This document shows, one piece after another, positions 33,745 through 43,983 of a stretch of DNA of 59,230 nucleotides; position 1 is the stretch's first letter, and every line of letters starts with the position of its first letter. Both the position numbers and the translations under genes were made by a program. This DNA comes from a virus (Duplodnaviria; Caudoviricetes). The notes beneath the pieces are model-generated. The model was given only the letters and a program-made list of their open reading frames with translations, did no database searches and was not told the origin of the DNA. Location: positions 1-59,230 of IMG/VR virus record IMGVR_UViG_3300012936_000013, one strand, 5' to 3'.

Positions 33745-36700
33745 TTATGCCAATAATTTAAAACTGTGTCGGATACTCCTTGTGCTGAATCCCCACTGCT
33801 CGCTGTAATCCAGCTTTGCCATGTATGGACGGTTGATGTGGAGAATATCACGATTAGGGTCAACTCCCCAACATTTAATTTTGCTGGAGCCTCCGGAAAT
33901 ATCAACAGTGTTGACAATCCAGTAAGTCTTGCCATTCTTAGTTTTCTTCGGAATAATTTCACGAGGAATAAACCAAGCAACCCCGAGGTCTGGATCAAAC
34001 TCTCCGAGCGGTGGAACATTATACTGCTCTAGGTTCGCCATAACGTCGTCACTAAGGACGAGAGACATGGGGAATGAACCAGTCAGGTGCACTAGGTATT
34101 CAATCTTCTCTTGGTCAGAGAAGTCTCCCTCCTCCATGTACGCCTCAATGTTCTCTGCCAGCTTCTTCTTGTTCTTTGGTCGGTCAACAGCGATAGCTGA
34201 CCAGAAATGCTTCAGACCAGAGAAGCGATCATCCACCAGACAGTTCAGAGCCTGACTTCTCGTCAGAACGTCCAGAGCCTTCTTGTTCAGTTTGGAATAC
34301 ACAATCTCCTCGTTGAACAAGAACTCCTCTACAGAGTTGAAAGGTCGGTGGTTGAGAATCTGCTCCATCGCAGAAGCGCCTAGACCCTTGATGGAGGTTA
34401 GGGGCTGCACCAGTTTCGTGCCATCGTCAGAAATCTCCCAGACGGAACCCGAAGTGTTCACGTTCAGAGCCTCAATCCTAAAGCCCATAGACTTTGCAAT
34501 GTTCAAAGCCTTCTCTTTACGACTCTCAGGCTCCTTGTCCAAGAAAGCAGCAAGCCACTCAGATGGATAGTAGTTCAGGAGCCACGCACACTGGTATGAC
34601 AGGATAGAATACGAAATAGCATGAGACTTATTGAAGCCATAGCCAGAAAAGTATTCAAACGTCTCCCATAGACGTACCGCCTGAGCCTCCTCAAGACCCT
34701 TCTCCAAGCACCCCGCAAGAAATTTCTGGTAGATACCGTCCTTGACCTCATGACCCTTACCTGTACCTTTCTTCGTCAGCAACTTGCGTAGCATGTTGCC
34801 TTCGTCAAGAGACAGATCCTTACCCAGCTTGTGAGCCAACGCAGCAATCTGCTCTTGGAAAATAAGAAATCCGTAAGTCTCCTCGGTTACCTCTTGGAAC
34901 TCCGAGCACGGATAATCAATATTGTCTGGCAACTTCTTTGCCGAAACATAATTCTTGTCTACCTTTGCCGACAACGGACCCGGACGAAAGATTGACGTGA
35001 TAGCTGCGAGGTCAATAATATTTTCTGGTTGTGCTCGCTTGCAAAAGTTTTGTGCACCAGTCTCAGTGAACTGGAATACACCAGCCCAGCGACCGTCTTG
35101 GAAAATATTTTTATATACCTCCTGATCATTAAGGTCAATAGTGTCAGGGTGCAGCTTTTCATCATAGAACTTTTTAATGTCCTTGAACGTCGGCTCCTCC
35201 ATACCATGATGCCTTTTCAGGATATGAGAGATTGCACCCTCCATCATTCGCAGAGAAGCGAGACCGAGAATATCAAACTTGATAAAGCCCATGGGTTCAA
35301 GATGGCGAACGTTCATGCCCTCGGACCATGGTGTCTGACGCACACCACCCGAATAGATCAAAGGCATGTGCCTGTTCAAATCTTCGGCAACCACAACACC
35401 ACCTGCGTGACGAGAACAAGAGCGAACCTGACCCACGAGACGCTTGACGTGCGTCTCAACTTGTGGATATTGCGACAAGAAGCTCTTTAGAGACTTGCTG
35501 TATTCCATAACTTCTTCCCACGTCGGTGCGTAGACACCTGCTGTAATGCCATGCTTCTTCTTGGCGAGTGGTGTCGCCTCAAAGAGCATCTTGCTGGTGA
35601 CAGCGTTAACCTCGTTGAAAGGAATATTATAAAACTTAGAAATATCCTTAATCAAGGAGCGCAACTGAAGCGTGTTCCAGTTGGAGATGGGAACCACCGT
35701 GTTCTCACCCCACTCCTCTACTAGCTCCTCCTTGAGTTCCATAGGCGAAGCAACATCGTAGTCAATGTCTGGGTAGCCCTTGCCTGAGCGTGTCAAGAAA
35801 CGTTCAAACTGAAGACCATACTTGATTGGATCAACCTGCGTAATTTTGAGCACGTAAGAGACGAGAGAGCCTGCTGCTGAGCCACGACCGGGACCGACCA
35901 ACTGACGGTCCATCGCCATGTCGGAGATAGCTTTCATTGTAAGAAAATATTTACTGAAGCCACGCTCGGAGATGACGGAAAGCTCATACTTGAGTCTTTC
36001 AATGTACTCCAAAACCGTGCTCTCGTCCATGCCTGCAATCACCGAGCGCAAGCCATCAGCAGAATACTTTTTCAAGGCTTCGTCTGCCGTCATGCCAGCG
36101 GGCACCACGAACGAAGGTAGGCGTACAGTGTTGTCGGGCAAGAACTTCTCAATGCGTTCAAACGCAATCATGTGAGTGTTCGTAATAGACCGCATAACCA
36201 GATCATCGTCATAGTCGTGACCCTCGGAGTATTTCTTGTAGCTCTCCCACATCTGGTCGCCATTCTTCGGGTACAACTCGTAGCCCACCTCATCAACATC
36301 AACGGGAAGGTCGGTGTCAATCTCGCCACCCTCCAGCCAACCTAGCTTCTTGTAGAGAAGTCGGTCCTTCCACGCATCAGGCGTAGGATAATGGCTATCC
36401 GCAGTAGAAATAAGTTCAAGACCCTTTTCTTCGGCAATCTGCATAACATACCTGTTTAGATCGTGCTGTTCGGGGATGTTATTCCACTGCAACTCACCAT
36501 ACCAACGGTCACCGAACACCTCTCTCATGCGATCTGTCGTTGTACGCATCGCATCTAGGACAGCCTCGTCGCCGTCCTCACGATTCTCCCACATGTCGCC
36601 TGCATACACGCCGCCCAAACAAGCAGACGCTGCAATCACACCCTCGGAGTGTTCTGCAAGCATTGCATAGTCAACACGAGGGAAACGATAAAAGTTTTCC

Positions 36701-37170
36701 GGTCGGAACGACTTGGAGATAAGCGAGAAAATATTATTCAAACCTTCCTGATTCTGGGCAAGCAAGATCAAGTGGCGACGACGACGAAGAATATCATTAT
36801 TCTTTCGCTCCTCTGTCTCAACCACCGTGCCCTGACTCTCACCCTTCTTCTTTGAGCCACGACCCTTCTTCTCTGCCATTTGACGGTCGTATTCCTCACG
36901 CCACTCGGCAATAGAAGGAACAAAGTAAGCCTCTACACCAAAGATTGGTTTGAAGTCTTTGCCATCCGCCTGCATCTTCTTTGCGTGCAACACCTGATAA
37001 GACAAACCGTTAGCATTGCCATGGTCAGTAAGTGCTAGAGCATCGGATCCATTACCATAAGCAAACTCCATATGTTCGGGTGGAAAGCCAAGACCGTCAA
37101 ATGGAGAACCCGCCACAGAGTGAGCGTGTAGACCGACAAAGGGGATGGATGACGTTGTTCTTTCTTGCAT
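33745..37170 (-). CDS. dnaE: DNA polymerase III alpha subunit (family C)
   Basis: PHP motifs LHAHS, TDHG, DSHY; GRGSAAGSL, PDIDYD, HAGGVV, KFDILGL, YGFNKSH. Confidence 0.96.
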   Translation of the reverse strand: MQERTTSSIPFVGLHAHSVAGSPFDGLGFPPEHMEFAYGNGSDALALTDHGNANGLSYQVLHAKKMQADGKDFKPIFGVEAYFVPSIAEWREEYDRQMAEKKGRGSKKKGESQGTVVETEERKNNDILRRRRHLILLAQNQEGLNNIFSLISKSFRPENFYRFPRVDYAMLAEHSEGVIAASACLGGVYAGDMWENREDGDEAVLDAMRTTTDRMREVFGDRWYGELQWNNIPEQHDLNRYVMQIAEEKGLELISTADSHYPTPDAWKDRLLYKKLGWLEGGEIDTDLPVDVDEVGYELYPKNGDQMWESYKKYSEGHDYDDDLVMRSITNTHMIAFERIEKFLPDNTVRLPSFVVPAGMTADEALKKYSADGLRSVIAGMDESTVLEYIERLKYELSVISERGFSKYFLTMKAISDMAMDRQLVGPGRGSAAGSLVSYVLKITQVDPIKYGLQFERFLTRSGKGYPDIDYDVASPMELKEELVEEWGENTVVPISNWNTLQLRSLIKDISKFYNIPFNEVNAVTSKMLFEATPLAKKKHGITAGVYAPTWEEVMEYSKSLKSFLSQYPQVETHVKRLVGQVRSCSRHAGGVVVAEDLNRHMPLIYSGGVRQTPWSEGMNVRHLEPMGFIKFDILGLASLRMMEGAISHILKRHHGMEEPTFKDIKKFYDEKLHPDTIDLNDQEVYKNIFQDGRWAGVFQFTETGAQNFCKRAQPENIIDLAAITSIFRPGPLSAKVDKNYVSAKKLPDNIDYPCSEFQEVTEETYGFLIFQEQIAALAHKLGKDLSLDEGNMLRKLLTKKGTGKGHEVKDGIYQKFLAGCLEKGLEEAQAVRLWETFEYFSGYGFNKSHAISYSILSYQCAWLLNYYPSEWLAAFLDKEPESRKEKALNIAKSMGFRIEALNVNTSGSVWEISDDGTKLVQPLTSIKGLGASAMEQILNHRPFNSVEEFLFNEEIVYSKLNKKALDVLTRSQALNCLVDDRFSGLKHFWSAIAVDRPKNKKKLAENIEAYMEEGDFSDQEKIEYLVHLTGSFPMSLVLSDDVMANLEQYNVPPLGEFDPDLGVAWFIPREIIPKKTKNGKTYWIVNTVDISGGSSKIKCWGVDPNRDILHINRPYMAKLDYSEQWGFSTRSIRHSFKLLA

Positions 37171-37178
37171 TTGTACCT

Positions 37179-37463
37179 CTATAGTAATTTGTTAAGGCGA
37201 CTGGTTGCCGCTTGAACTTCGTTAACAAGTTCTGAAAGATTTTCTAGTTCTTCTTCAACCTCAACCTTTCTAGTAAACATATTATAACAGGATTCGTACA
37301 TGCTGTCAACAAAAAACTTTTGTTCAATTGTCAAATCGTGGTAACGAAATGGAAACCCTGCCATCTCCTTGTCTGTATAGGAGATGTTGTCATACCCCTG
37401 CTCTACAGTATTAATCTCCGGATTCCCCACCGGATCCAAGCCAACTAATTTGATTCCACTCAT
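37179..37463 (-). CDS. Hypothetical protein
   Basis: ORF track. Confidence 0.5.
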   Translation of the reverse strand: MSGIKLVGLDPVGNPEINTVEQGYDNISYTDKEMAGFPFRYHDLTIEQKFFVDSMYESCYNMFTRKVEVEEELENLSELVNEVQAATSRLNKLL

Positions 37464-38298
37464 TATATTTTATCTCCTCTGGTTTGACGAGCGTCCTATC
37501 CGACGCTAAAAACTTTTTATATCCTTGCCACGTAGTTATGTCATAGAACCACGGGACTTCAACCTCATTTACATCTGTCATATTAACAGATTTAAAAACT
37601 TTGTCAAGGGAAAAATGACGTGCACTGTATCTTTCTTTTATTGACAACCTCTTGCCGTCAGAATCGTAAAGATGCGTTCCCTGCTCACGAACGTCCCTTC
37701 TACAGTTTTTAAAATCTTCACCATCAAATGTAAACCCCAACGGTAACCCGTCTTTTATACCAAGACCGTTGAATGTAAGTGAAAATTTTTTTCTACTGGA
37801 AATCTTTTTGCGCTGTTCACGAAGCTGCCCAACTGGATACACCCCATAAGGAAAAGAAACATAATACATGTCCGGGATGATCCACTTGCTCATCTTTCTA
37901 CTAATCCAATACGCTGAGAGCGCACCGTACAATGCTGACCACCCAAGGCAATCTCTTTTCTGTCTATCCTTCGGGTGAATGGGCACGTAATAGATCGGAA
38001 TCCTTCGGAGGTTATCCGTCGGGAATCTGCCTCTGCCTACCGAGGCTGGGTCTGTAATCCATTCTCCCACAACTTTTCTTACGAGCGGCTGCGTCTCCTT
38101 GTGGCACACGATCCAAATCGTCTCGCTGCCAGCCATAGCACATTCATAGACAGCACGCTGTAGCGCAAGATAATCTGGCGACAGTGGGTTCAGACTTGGA
38201 TGCCATGGAAAATTAAATTCCAGTGGTTGCCCAGCGATTGGAACGACACCAGCCAAGTGAAAAGAATTTAATCCTGACTTATTAACTTCTTCAATCAT
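37411..38298 (-). CDS. Nucleotidyltransferase/GT-A-like fold protein
   Basis: LAGVVPIAG...HPSL.PL...AVYECAMAGSETIWIV...WFYDITTW resembles the sugar-phosphate nucleotidyltransferase scaffold. Confidence 0.55.
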   Translation of the reverse strand: MIEEVNKSGLNSFHLAGVVPIAGQPLEFNFPWHPSLNPLSPDYLALQRAVYECAMAGSETIWIVCHKETQPLVRKVVGEWITDPASVGRGRFPTDNLRRIPIYYVPIHPKDRQKRDCLGWSALYGALSAYWISRKMSKWIIPDMYYVSFPYGVYPVGQLREQRKKISSRKKFSLTFNGLGIKDGLPLGFTFDGEDFKNCRRDVREQGTHLYDSDGKRLSIKERYSARHFSLDKVFKSVNMTDVNEVEVPWFYDITTWQGYKKFLASDRTLVKPEEIKYNEWNQISWLGSGGESGD

Positions 38299-39020
38299 TT
38301 AAACTCCAAACCCGGCAAGGCTTCATACTCGTTCTGTTCCAAGGGAATGATCTCCCGGTGTGAGTGTGAAACTTGCAAGGGTCTAAAGCGTCCCGATCCC
38401 ATCTTAGTGCCAGTTATGCCAGCCGATGACATTAAATTAATTGACTTTAAGCGAGCGTAAGTGTCACACTTACCTTCGTCTTGAAGCTCATCTTCTGTCA
38501 TATAAGAAACAGAAACAGCATCACTAAAGCCATCTCTAGATGTACGAAAGCTGGGGTAAAAGTGAATGCTGTTGACAAAATCGTCTTCTGTCTTAATAGT
38601 GTTAAAATTTCCTGCACACGATGTAACATCTAGCCAATCCAAAACTTTAAAATTAGTATTCTTTTTTGAAGGGGTGGGCAAACCTTTAAGGTTCTTGTCT
38701 GAGAAGACGTACAGCTTTTCATATAACATGGTGTACTTCTTGACACCCATGGTCAGTTCAAGTGTAAAATCTTCTGGGTGGATTCTCATTGAATCAATCA
38801 TCTCTCCGAAAGGAATGAGACCTTGCAGAGAAAGGTAGAAGCAAAGATCTGAAAACTGTTCAATTGATTCTTCGTCAAAAAAGTGAGGCGGCTCATGCTC
38901 ACAGTATACAAGCGGTAAATTGTTTTCTTCAGCAAACTTCAATGCCTCATAACTACAACCAACCACTGCACACTCAGTGTACATGAGTCCCGCATCATCA
39001 ATTAAAACTCTATTTGTCAA
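38295..39020 (-). CDS. Hypothetical protein with a Rossmann-like start
   Basis: CAVVGCSYEALKFA; coupled to the downstream gene by ATGA overlap. Confidence 0.55.
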   Translation of the reverse strand: MTNRVLIDDAGLMYTECAVVGCSYEALKFAEENNLPLVYCEHEPPHFFDEESIEQFSDLCFYLSLQGLIPFGEMIDSMRIHPEDFTLELTMGVKKYTMLYEKLYVFSDKNLKGLPTPSKKNTNFKVLDWLDVTSCAGNFNTIKTEDDFVNSIHFYPSFRTSRDGFSDAVSVSYMTEDELQDEGKCDTYARLKSINLMSSAGITGTKMGSGRFRPLQVSHSHREIIPLEQNEYEALPGLEFK

Positions 39021-39522
39021 TTTTCAATCTCCGCATGGCACGTTTAATTCTTGCAGCCCTTTTCAAAACTTTCTTTGCGTAAAACATTCCTGTTTTGTGG
39101 GGTGCATCTCCCTTGCAGCGATAACCTGCGTTGTATCCACACAGACCGACAACATAGTTTTTCTTTCGGCACTTTCCAACCCTGCATTTACCATAGCTGT
39201 GCAACCAGAAGCCAAAGATTTTGGTTCCGGCTGTGATAGATGTTACAGGATTTTTAAGTTCCTCGCAGGTGTACTTAATTCTACCTGAAGCCTTGCCGCC
39301 TGTCCACTTGGGCACGACCTGAGTCAGACCACAGGCGTTTGCCCAACTAACTGCCGTCGGTGTCCAGTTACTCTCCGTCTGGATGAGAGCAACCATGACA
39401 ACAGGATCAACATCTGCCTTCTCTGCGAGAGTTGTCACCAGAGGCATCTTCTCGCAGGCAAGCTGAGAGTTTGGCATACCAATAGAAATTACTGCTGCAC
39501 AAATTAGTTCCGATAAACCCAT
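39010..39522 (-). CDS. SLT-family lytic transglycosylase
   Basis: LIQTESNW, ACGLTQV, YNAG. Confidence 0.88.
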   Translation of the reverse strand: MGLSELICAAVISIGMPNSQLACEKMPLVTTLAEKADVDPVVMVALIQTESNWTPTAVSWANACGLTQVVPKWTGGKASGRIKYTCEELKNPVTSITAGTKIFGFWLHSYGKCRVGKCRKKNYVVGLCGYNAGYRCKGDAPHKTGMFYAKKVLKRAARIKRAMRRLKIDK

Positions 39523-39525
39523 GCA

Positions 39526-39810
39526 TCATGCCTCCGTGTATAAACCCATAACGTGATTTTCTAAAATCAAATTAAACTTTTCACTACCCACTTGTACCTC
39601 CTCAATCATTGAGGAGTTGACCACAAGAGTGGAACCCACCTCTCCGGTAAGATCAATGAACTTCTGGCAGTCTGCTGCTACAGCAACCAGCTTGACCAAA
39701 GACCAAGGAGACTTCTTGAGCGAGGATTCGGGAATCAGCACAGTGACCTCATCCCGATCCTCACCCTTGATAGGCTCTACAAGTAGGTGTCTGTTGAATG
39801 GTACAAACAT
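39526..39810 (-). CDS. groES: Co-chaperonin GroES-like
   Basis: PFNRHLLVEP...VLIPE...VAV...G..LV...V.VG.EKF.LI.E.HVMG. Confidence 0.75.
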   Translation of the reverse strand: MFVPFNRHLLVEPIKGEDRDEVTVLIPESSLKKSPWSLVKLVAVAADCQKFIDLTGEVGSTLVVNSSMIEEVQVGSEKFNLILENHVMGLYTEA

Positions 39811-39822
39811 CTCTACTCTCCT

Positions 39823-40071
39823 CTAGTTTCGTCTAATAGTGGCAACCTTCTCGTAGAAATCAAGAAGCTGTTCCATATCTTCTTCGTCCTTAATCAAACG
39901 ATAAGCCTTGACAGCAAGACGCTGCTGCTCCTTGGACAACCAACCGTTGTCTTCATACTCCTTGCGGAGTTCTCGGCGTTGCTCCTTGAAAGGCTCTTGG
40001 GCTTCTTCCAAGGCAGCTACGGATTTAATGTAGTTCTCAATATACTGATCAACTGTCTTTACATCACTCAT
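39823..40071 (-). CDS. GapR/T4 DsbA-like small DNA-binding protein
   Basis: YIKSVAALEE...EQRRELRKEY...AVKAYRLIK; start after AGGAG. Confidence 0.55.
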   Translation of the reverse strand: MSDVKTVDQYIENYIKSVAALEEAQEPFKEQRRELRKEYEDNGWLSKEQQRLAVKAYRLIKDEEDMEQLLDFYEKVATIRRN

Positions 40072-40100
40072 TAGATTCTCCTTTTCTGAGTTGTGATAAC

Positions 40101-40129
40101 ATAATAACACCAATTGACGCTGGTGTCAA
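40101..40129 (-). promoter_or_regulatory. Sigma70-type promoter
   Basis: TTGACA-17-TATTAT. Confidence 0.65.
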
Positions 40130-40150
40130 GCGTTTTTTTATTTTTTTTAT

Positions 40151-42577
40151 TTATCCACACTTTGCATAGCCACAGGCTGTGCAAGTTACACATCCATCCT
40201 GATACACCAGAGCATCAGAACTACATTCGGTACACATCTTATCGCTAGGCACCTCCCCGTCTTTAATGTAAGACTTCAGAATACGAGCAATGCACTTTGA
40301 GAAAGAAAACATATCGCTCTCTTTATCCTTCTGTAGTTGCTCAACCATAAACTTAACCTCGGCTCCGTGGCGAAGACCCAACGAGATCATACGAGTAAAC
40401 GCAGCATCAGTTGGATTATCAAAAGCCTTAACCACATCTTTCACAGTAATACTATCACCATTGTATCCAAATGTCAAGTCATATCTGTTGTTTTTTGTCT
40501 TAAAATGTGTTTTTGATAAAGTACCCTTGACGTATCGCTTGGGAATCTCAATCATGCTCGCCTCACCAGCGAGAACTTCATACGGCTTTTCATCCATCAA
40601 GCCCACAAGGACAACCCACTTCTCACCCTTAATGGTGGTGTGGTGAATATCACACTCTACAACCTCTGGTCGTTTTGGCGCTGCGTGCTGAGGGAAAACC
40701 TCACTACTTGCGTCTTCGTTCGTCACAAGAACGCCAGTCCGAGAACCGTCAACATAAATAGTGACACCCTTCAAGCCCTGCTTCCACGCCTCCAAGTACA
40801 ACTCAGACACCACGTCAGTTGACGTGCCCTTCGGCAAGTTAATTGTAGAACTAATCGCATGATCAATATTTTTTTGAATCGCTGCCTGAATCTCAATGCG
40901 GCGTAGCCAGTCAATCTGATCACTCTCCGTGAAAAACTCTGGTAAAGTGTTCTTGCCAGTGGCATCAAAGTATTCTTGCACGTTGTGGTGGAACACTTCA
41001 AACTCTTTCCAGTGGTCTCCCAACTCATCAATGAAATCGTCTTCTGAATATTCTGCCGTCTCTAGCTTTCGTCGTCTCACGTAGGAGTTTCTAAACACAG
41101 GCTCAAGACCAGAAGAAGTCTGAGACATGATAGACACCGAACCTGTAGGCGCATTTGTTAGAATAGAAATATTCCTGCGACCGTACTCATGCATCAGTGC
41201 ACGAATGTCGCTGGGTAGTTCTTTCAAGAACTCGTGATCAACCTCTTTACTACTGTCATAAACAGCGAAAGCTCCACGTTCTCTGCCCAAGATCACACTC
41301 TCACGATACGCTTCGTTTCTGAGGGTCGCATAGATAGAGGAAACAACCTCAATAGCGTCCTGAGAATCGTATGGCAACTGCAACCTAGCAAGGGCATCTG
41401 CTAACCCGTGTGTACCCAACCCTGTACGACGACCGTTTAGTGCTGCCGTCTTCAGTTTTGCCCACAACTCAACTTCATCCTCGGTGTCACAAGCATCTAG
41501 GATTCCCTCAAGTTTCTCAGCCTCTAAAGTGACAAGATCATCTGACAGGCGCATACCTACCTTGACAACTTCAGCAAACTTTTTAAAATTAAATTCTGCT
41601 TCTGGCGTGAACGGATTATCAACCAAATGTTTTAAATTCAAAGAGATTAAACGGCAGCTATCATATGCAGACAAGGGGATTTCTGCACAGGGGTTAGTAC
41701 AGATAGTCTTATACCCCACATCTGAGTAGCATTCTGCTGGGAGGGTTTTTTCAATGTTTCCCCACATGAGCAAGCCCGGTTCAGCAGTTTTCGTCGCCGA
41801 CTCCACAATAGTATCCCACAGTGCCGAGGCATCAACCTCTTTCGTAACTGTAGGGGTCTCGGATCCGACTGGGTACTGTAAATTAAAAGTTTCCTTTTTC
41901 TGCACAGCTTCCATGAAATCATCACTGATTTTAATAGAGACGTTTGCACCCGTGACTTTCGTCAAGTCGTGCTTCATCGTGACAAAGTTTTCAATGTCTG
42001 GGTGTCTCACGTCCATCGTTATCATCAGTGCTCCTCGTCTACCGTTCTGACCAATCATACGACAAACGTAAGAATAAAAATCCGCAAAGCTCCATGCGCC
42101 AGTGGTCGTACCAGCGGAGTTGTTTACCGATGCTCCGTCTGGACGTAGATTAGATACGTCAAGACCAACGCCACACCGACGCTTAAATAGATTAGCAAGA
42201 TCTCTGCCTGCGTTAACGATGGAGGAGATGTTATCTTCTGGTGACTCAACCACCACGCAGTTTGATAGCGAGACATTAACATAATTATTTCCGATACCCA
42301 TCATGGGCGAACCCTGTGGGACAATATATTTGAAATCTTTTAAATATTCGTAAACCTGTTCTTCGGACAATTCGTGACCAGAATTGAAATCTTTTTCAAT
42401 CCTAGCGAATTCACTCGCAAGCCTGCGGTGCATATCGTCCGGGGTCTTTTCTTTAAATTCCCCCTCTTTATTTTTAAGTGCGTACTTTGTCATCCACACG
42501 TTAGTTGCCAGTTCATCACCGCCGAAGTATTTCAGCGTTGAATCATATACCTCATCTCTTGTAAACATTTTTATCAT
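40151..42577 (-). CDS. nrdJ: Class II (adenosylcobalamin-dependent) ribonucleotide reductase
   Basis: SLSNC, RRGALM, TNPCAE, APTGS, GVTIYVDGSR; C-terminal CxxC...CxxCxxCG; no beta subunit in window. Confidence 0.9.
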   Translation of the reverse strand: MIKMFTRDEVYDSTLKYFGGDELATNVWMTKYALKNKEGEFKEKTPDDMHRRLASEFARIEKDFNSGHELSEEQVYEYLKDFKYIVPQGSPMMGIGNNYVNVSLSNCVVVESPEDNISSIVNAGRDLANLFKRRCGVGLDVSNLRPDGASVNNSAGTTTGAWSFADFYSYVCRMIGQNGRRGALMITMDVRHPDIENFVTMKHDLTKVTGANVSIKISDDFMEAVQKKETFNLQYPVGSETPTVTKEVDASALWDTIVESATKTAEPGLLMWGNIEKTLPAECYSDVGYKTICTNPCAEIPLSAYDSCRLISLNLKHLVDNPFTPEAEFNFKKFAEVVKVGMRLSDDLVTLEAEKLEGILDACDTEDEVELWAKLKTAALNGRRTGLGTHGLADALARLQLPYDSQDAIEVVSSIYATLRNEAYRESVILGRERGAFAVYDSSKEVDHEFLKELPSDIRALMHEYGRRNISILTNAPTGSVSIMSQTSSGLEPVFRNSYVRRRKLETAEYSEDDFIDELGDHWKEFEVFHHNVQEYFDATGKNTLPEFFTESDQIDWLRRIEIQAAIQKNIDHAISSTINLPKGTSTDVVSELYLEAWKQGLKGVTIYVDGSRTGVLVTNEDASSEVFPQHAAPKRPEVVECDIHHTTIKGEKWVVLVGLMDEKPYEVLAGEASMIEIPKRYVKGTLSKTHFKTKNNRYDLTFGYNGDSITVKDVVKAFDNPTDAAFTRMISLGLRHGAEVKFMVEQLQKDKESDMFSFSKCIARILKSYIKDGEVPSDKMCTECSSDALVYQDGCVTCTACGYAKCG

Positions 42578-42600
42578 ACCCCTTTATTCATTTTGTTAAT

Positions 42601-43983
42601 TTATTCTTTTCTTCCATTGCGGAAGTTTTTGTACTTTTCTTTTAAAGTTTCAGCTTGTCGCTTCGCTGCGTTTGCCGCAAGCGAGCTTGGTGTGTCACCA
42701 GTTCTTTCCAAAACTTTAATTTTGACATTGCGAGTTTCCATGAAAATCGGAAACACAATTCCGTCGGGACCGTTTCTGTTCTTGGCTACAAACATTCGTC
42801 CCTCGTTCGTATTCTTATCTTCAATGGTCCGAGAGATAGTGCAGATGAAATCGGCAACAAAGCACTTATTGAAAGCCTCTGAAATTGATTCCATCGTGAT
42901 AACCTCTGCATTCAAGCCCGTCCTATTCGTTTGTGATGCCGTCCACACTGGGCATTGGTATACCTGTGCCAGTGCTCGCATCTCCTCATAAATAGACTCC
43001 AACTCGTTTCTTTTTTCTTTTCTCTTGTCAATTGGGCGAAGAAGGTCTCCGTAGTCTACAAGAATCATGTCGGGCTTAATTCCACGAGCAATAAGTTTCT
43101 CAAGGTGGTTCGTGATCGTCGCTGTGGTAGCCGTTTTTGTGGGATATTCTTTCACGATAAGACGACCAGTCACATCCTTAATCTGCTCATAAATTTCTTC
43201 TTTTCTGGTGAACAGATCGGACAAGCCGATGCCCGTAATGCAACTGTCATATCGTGACGCAACCACGGTATCGCCCAACTCCAAAGTATAATGAACAACG
43301 GTCTTACCAGCCTTCAAAGCCTCAGCACCAAGGTGAACGAGGACCATGGACTTACCAACGCCCGTGGGAGCAATCACTACCCCAAGCTCTCCAATGCCGA
43401 GACCACCCTGAGTGATAGTATCAATTTTTTTCCAACCTGTGGTGATAGGATCACGAGACTTCAACTCAAAACGGCTCTCAAAGTCTGCCAAATAATCATA
43501 TCCAAAGTTGTTTTCGGATCCCAACTTCAAAGCGCAGTCAATCTTCTTTCTCACTTCATCATAAGAAGTAGAACTGGCACGTGTGATGAGGTCTGCCGAC
43601 TCAAGCAGCGCCTCTTTCAATTTCTGCTTCTTGCAGAACTCAAGAGAAACACTCTTAATATACTCAGAGTCTTTGACTTGTGAGTTTGCGGCTAAAATTC
43701 TAGCAAAATATTCTCGCACCTGCTTGACAACAACTTCATTCTCCTCGTCAAGCTCTGTACGCAGGAGGGTGGTCATCGCATCCCTAGATGGGTGTGTGCC
43801 GTACTTATCCCTATGGGCAAACATCCTCTTGAGAAAAAGTCTCAGGTATTTTACCTCCAAGAATTCAACGTCAAGAACCTCACGAATCTGATCCGAGAAC
43901 ACACGGTCTTCAAAGATCAGATGAACCAAACTTTCTTGAAAGCTGGTGCCAAACTTTGCGAAACTAATTTCCGGTGGTGTCAC
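42601..43983 (-). CDS. DnaB-like replicative helicase (T4 gp41-like)
   Basis: APTGVGKS, TLEL, KEYPT, VDYGDLL, WTASQTNR, KNRNG. Confidence 0.93.
   Translation of the reverse strand: MTPPEISFAKFGTSFQESLVHLIFEDRVFSDQIREVLDVEFLEVKYLRLFLKRMFAHRDKYGTHPSRDAMTTLLRTELDEENEVVVKQVREYFARILAANSQVKDSEYIKSVSLEFCKKQKLKEALLESADLITRASSTSYDEVRKKIDCALKLGSENNFGYDYLADFESRFELKSRDPITTGWKKIDTITQGGLGIGELGVVIAPTGVGKSMVLVHLGAEALKAGKTVVHYTLELGDTVVASRYDSCITGIGLSDLFTRKEEIYEQIKDVTGRLIVKEYPTKTATTATITNHLEKLIARGIKPDMILVDYGDLLRPIDKRKEKRNELESIYEEMRALAQVYQCPVWTASQTNRTGLNAEVITMESISEAFNKCFVADFICTISRTIEDKNTNEGRMFVAKNRNGPDGIVFPIFMETRNVKIKVLERTGDTPSSLAANAAKRQAETLKEKYKNFRNGRKE

Noticed and set aside
37579-37607. Possible sigma70 promoter inside the nucleotidyltransferase-like gene
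   Set aside because: TTGACA is present but the -10 element matches poorly at 16-17 nt spacing
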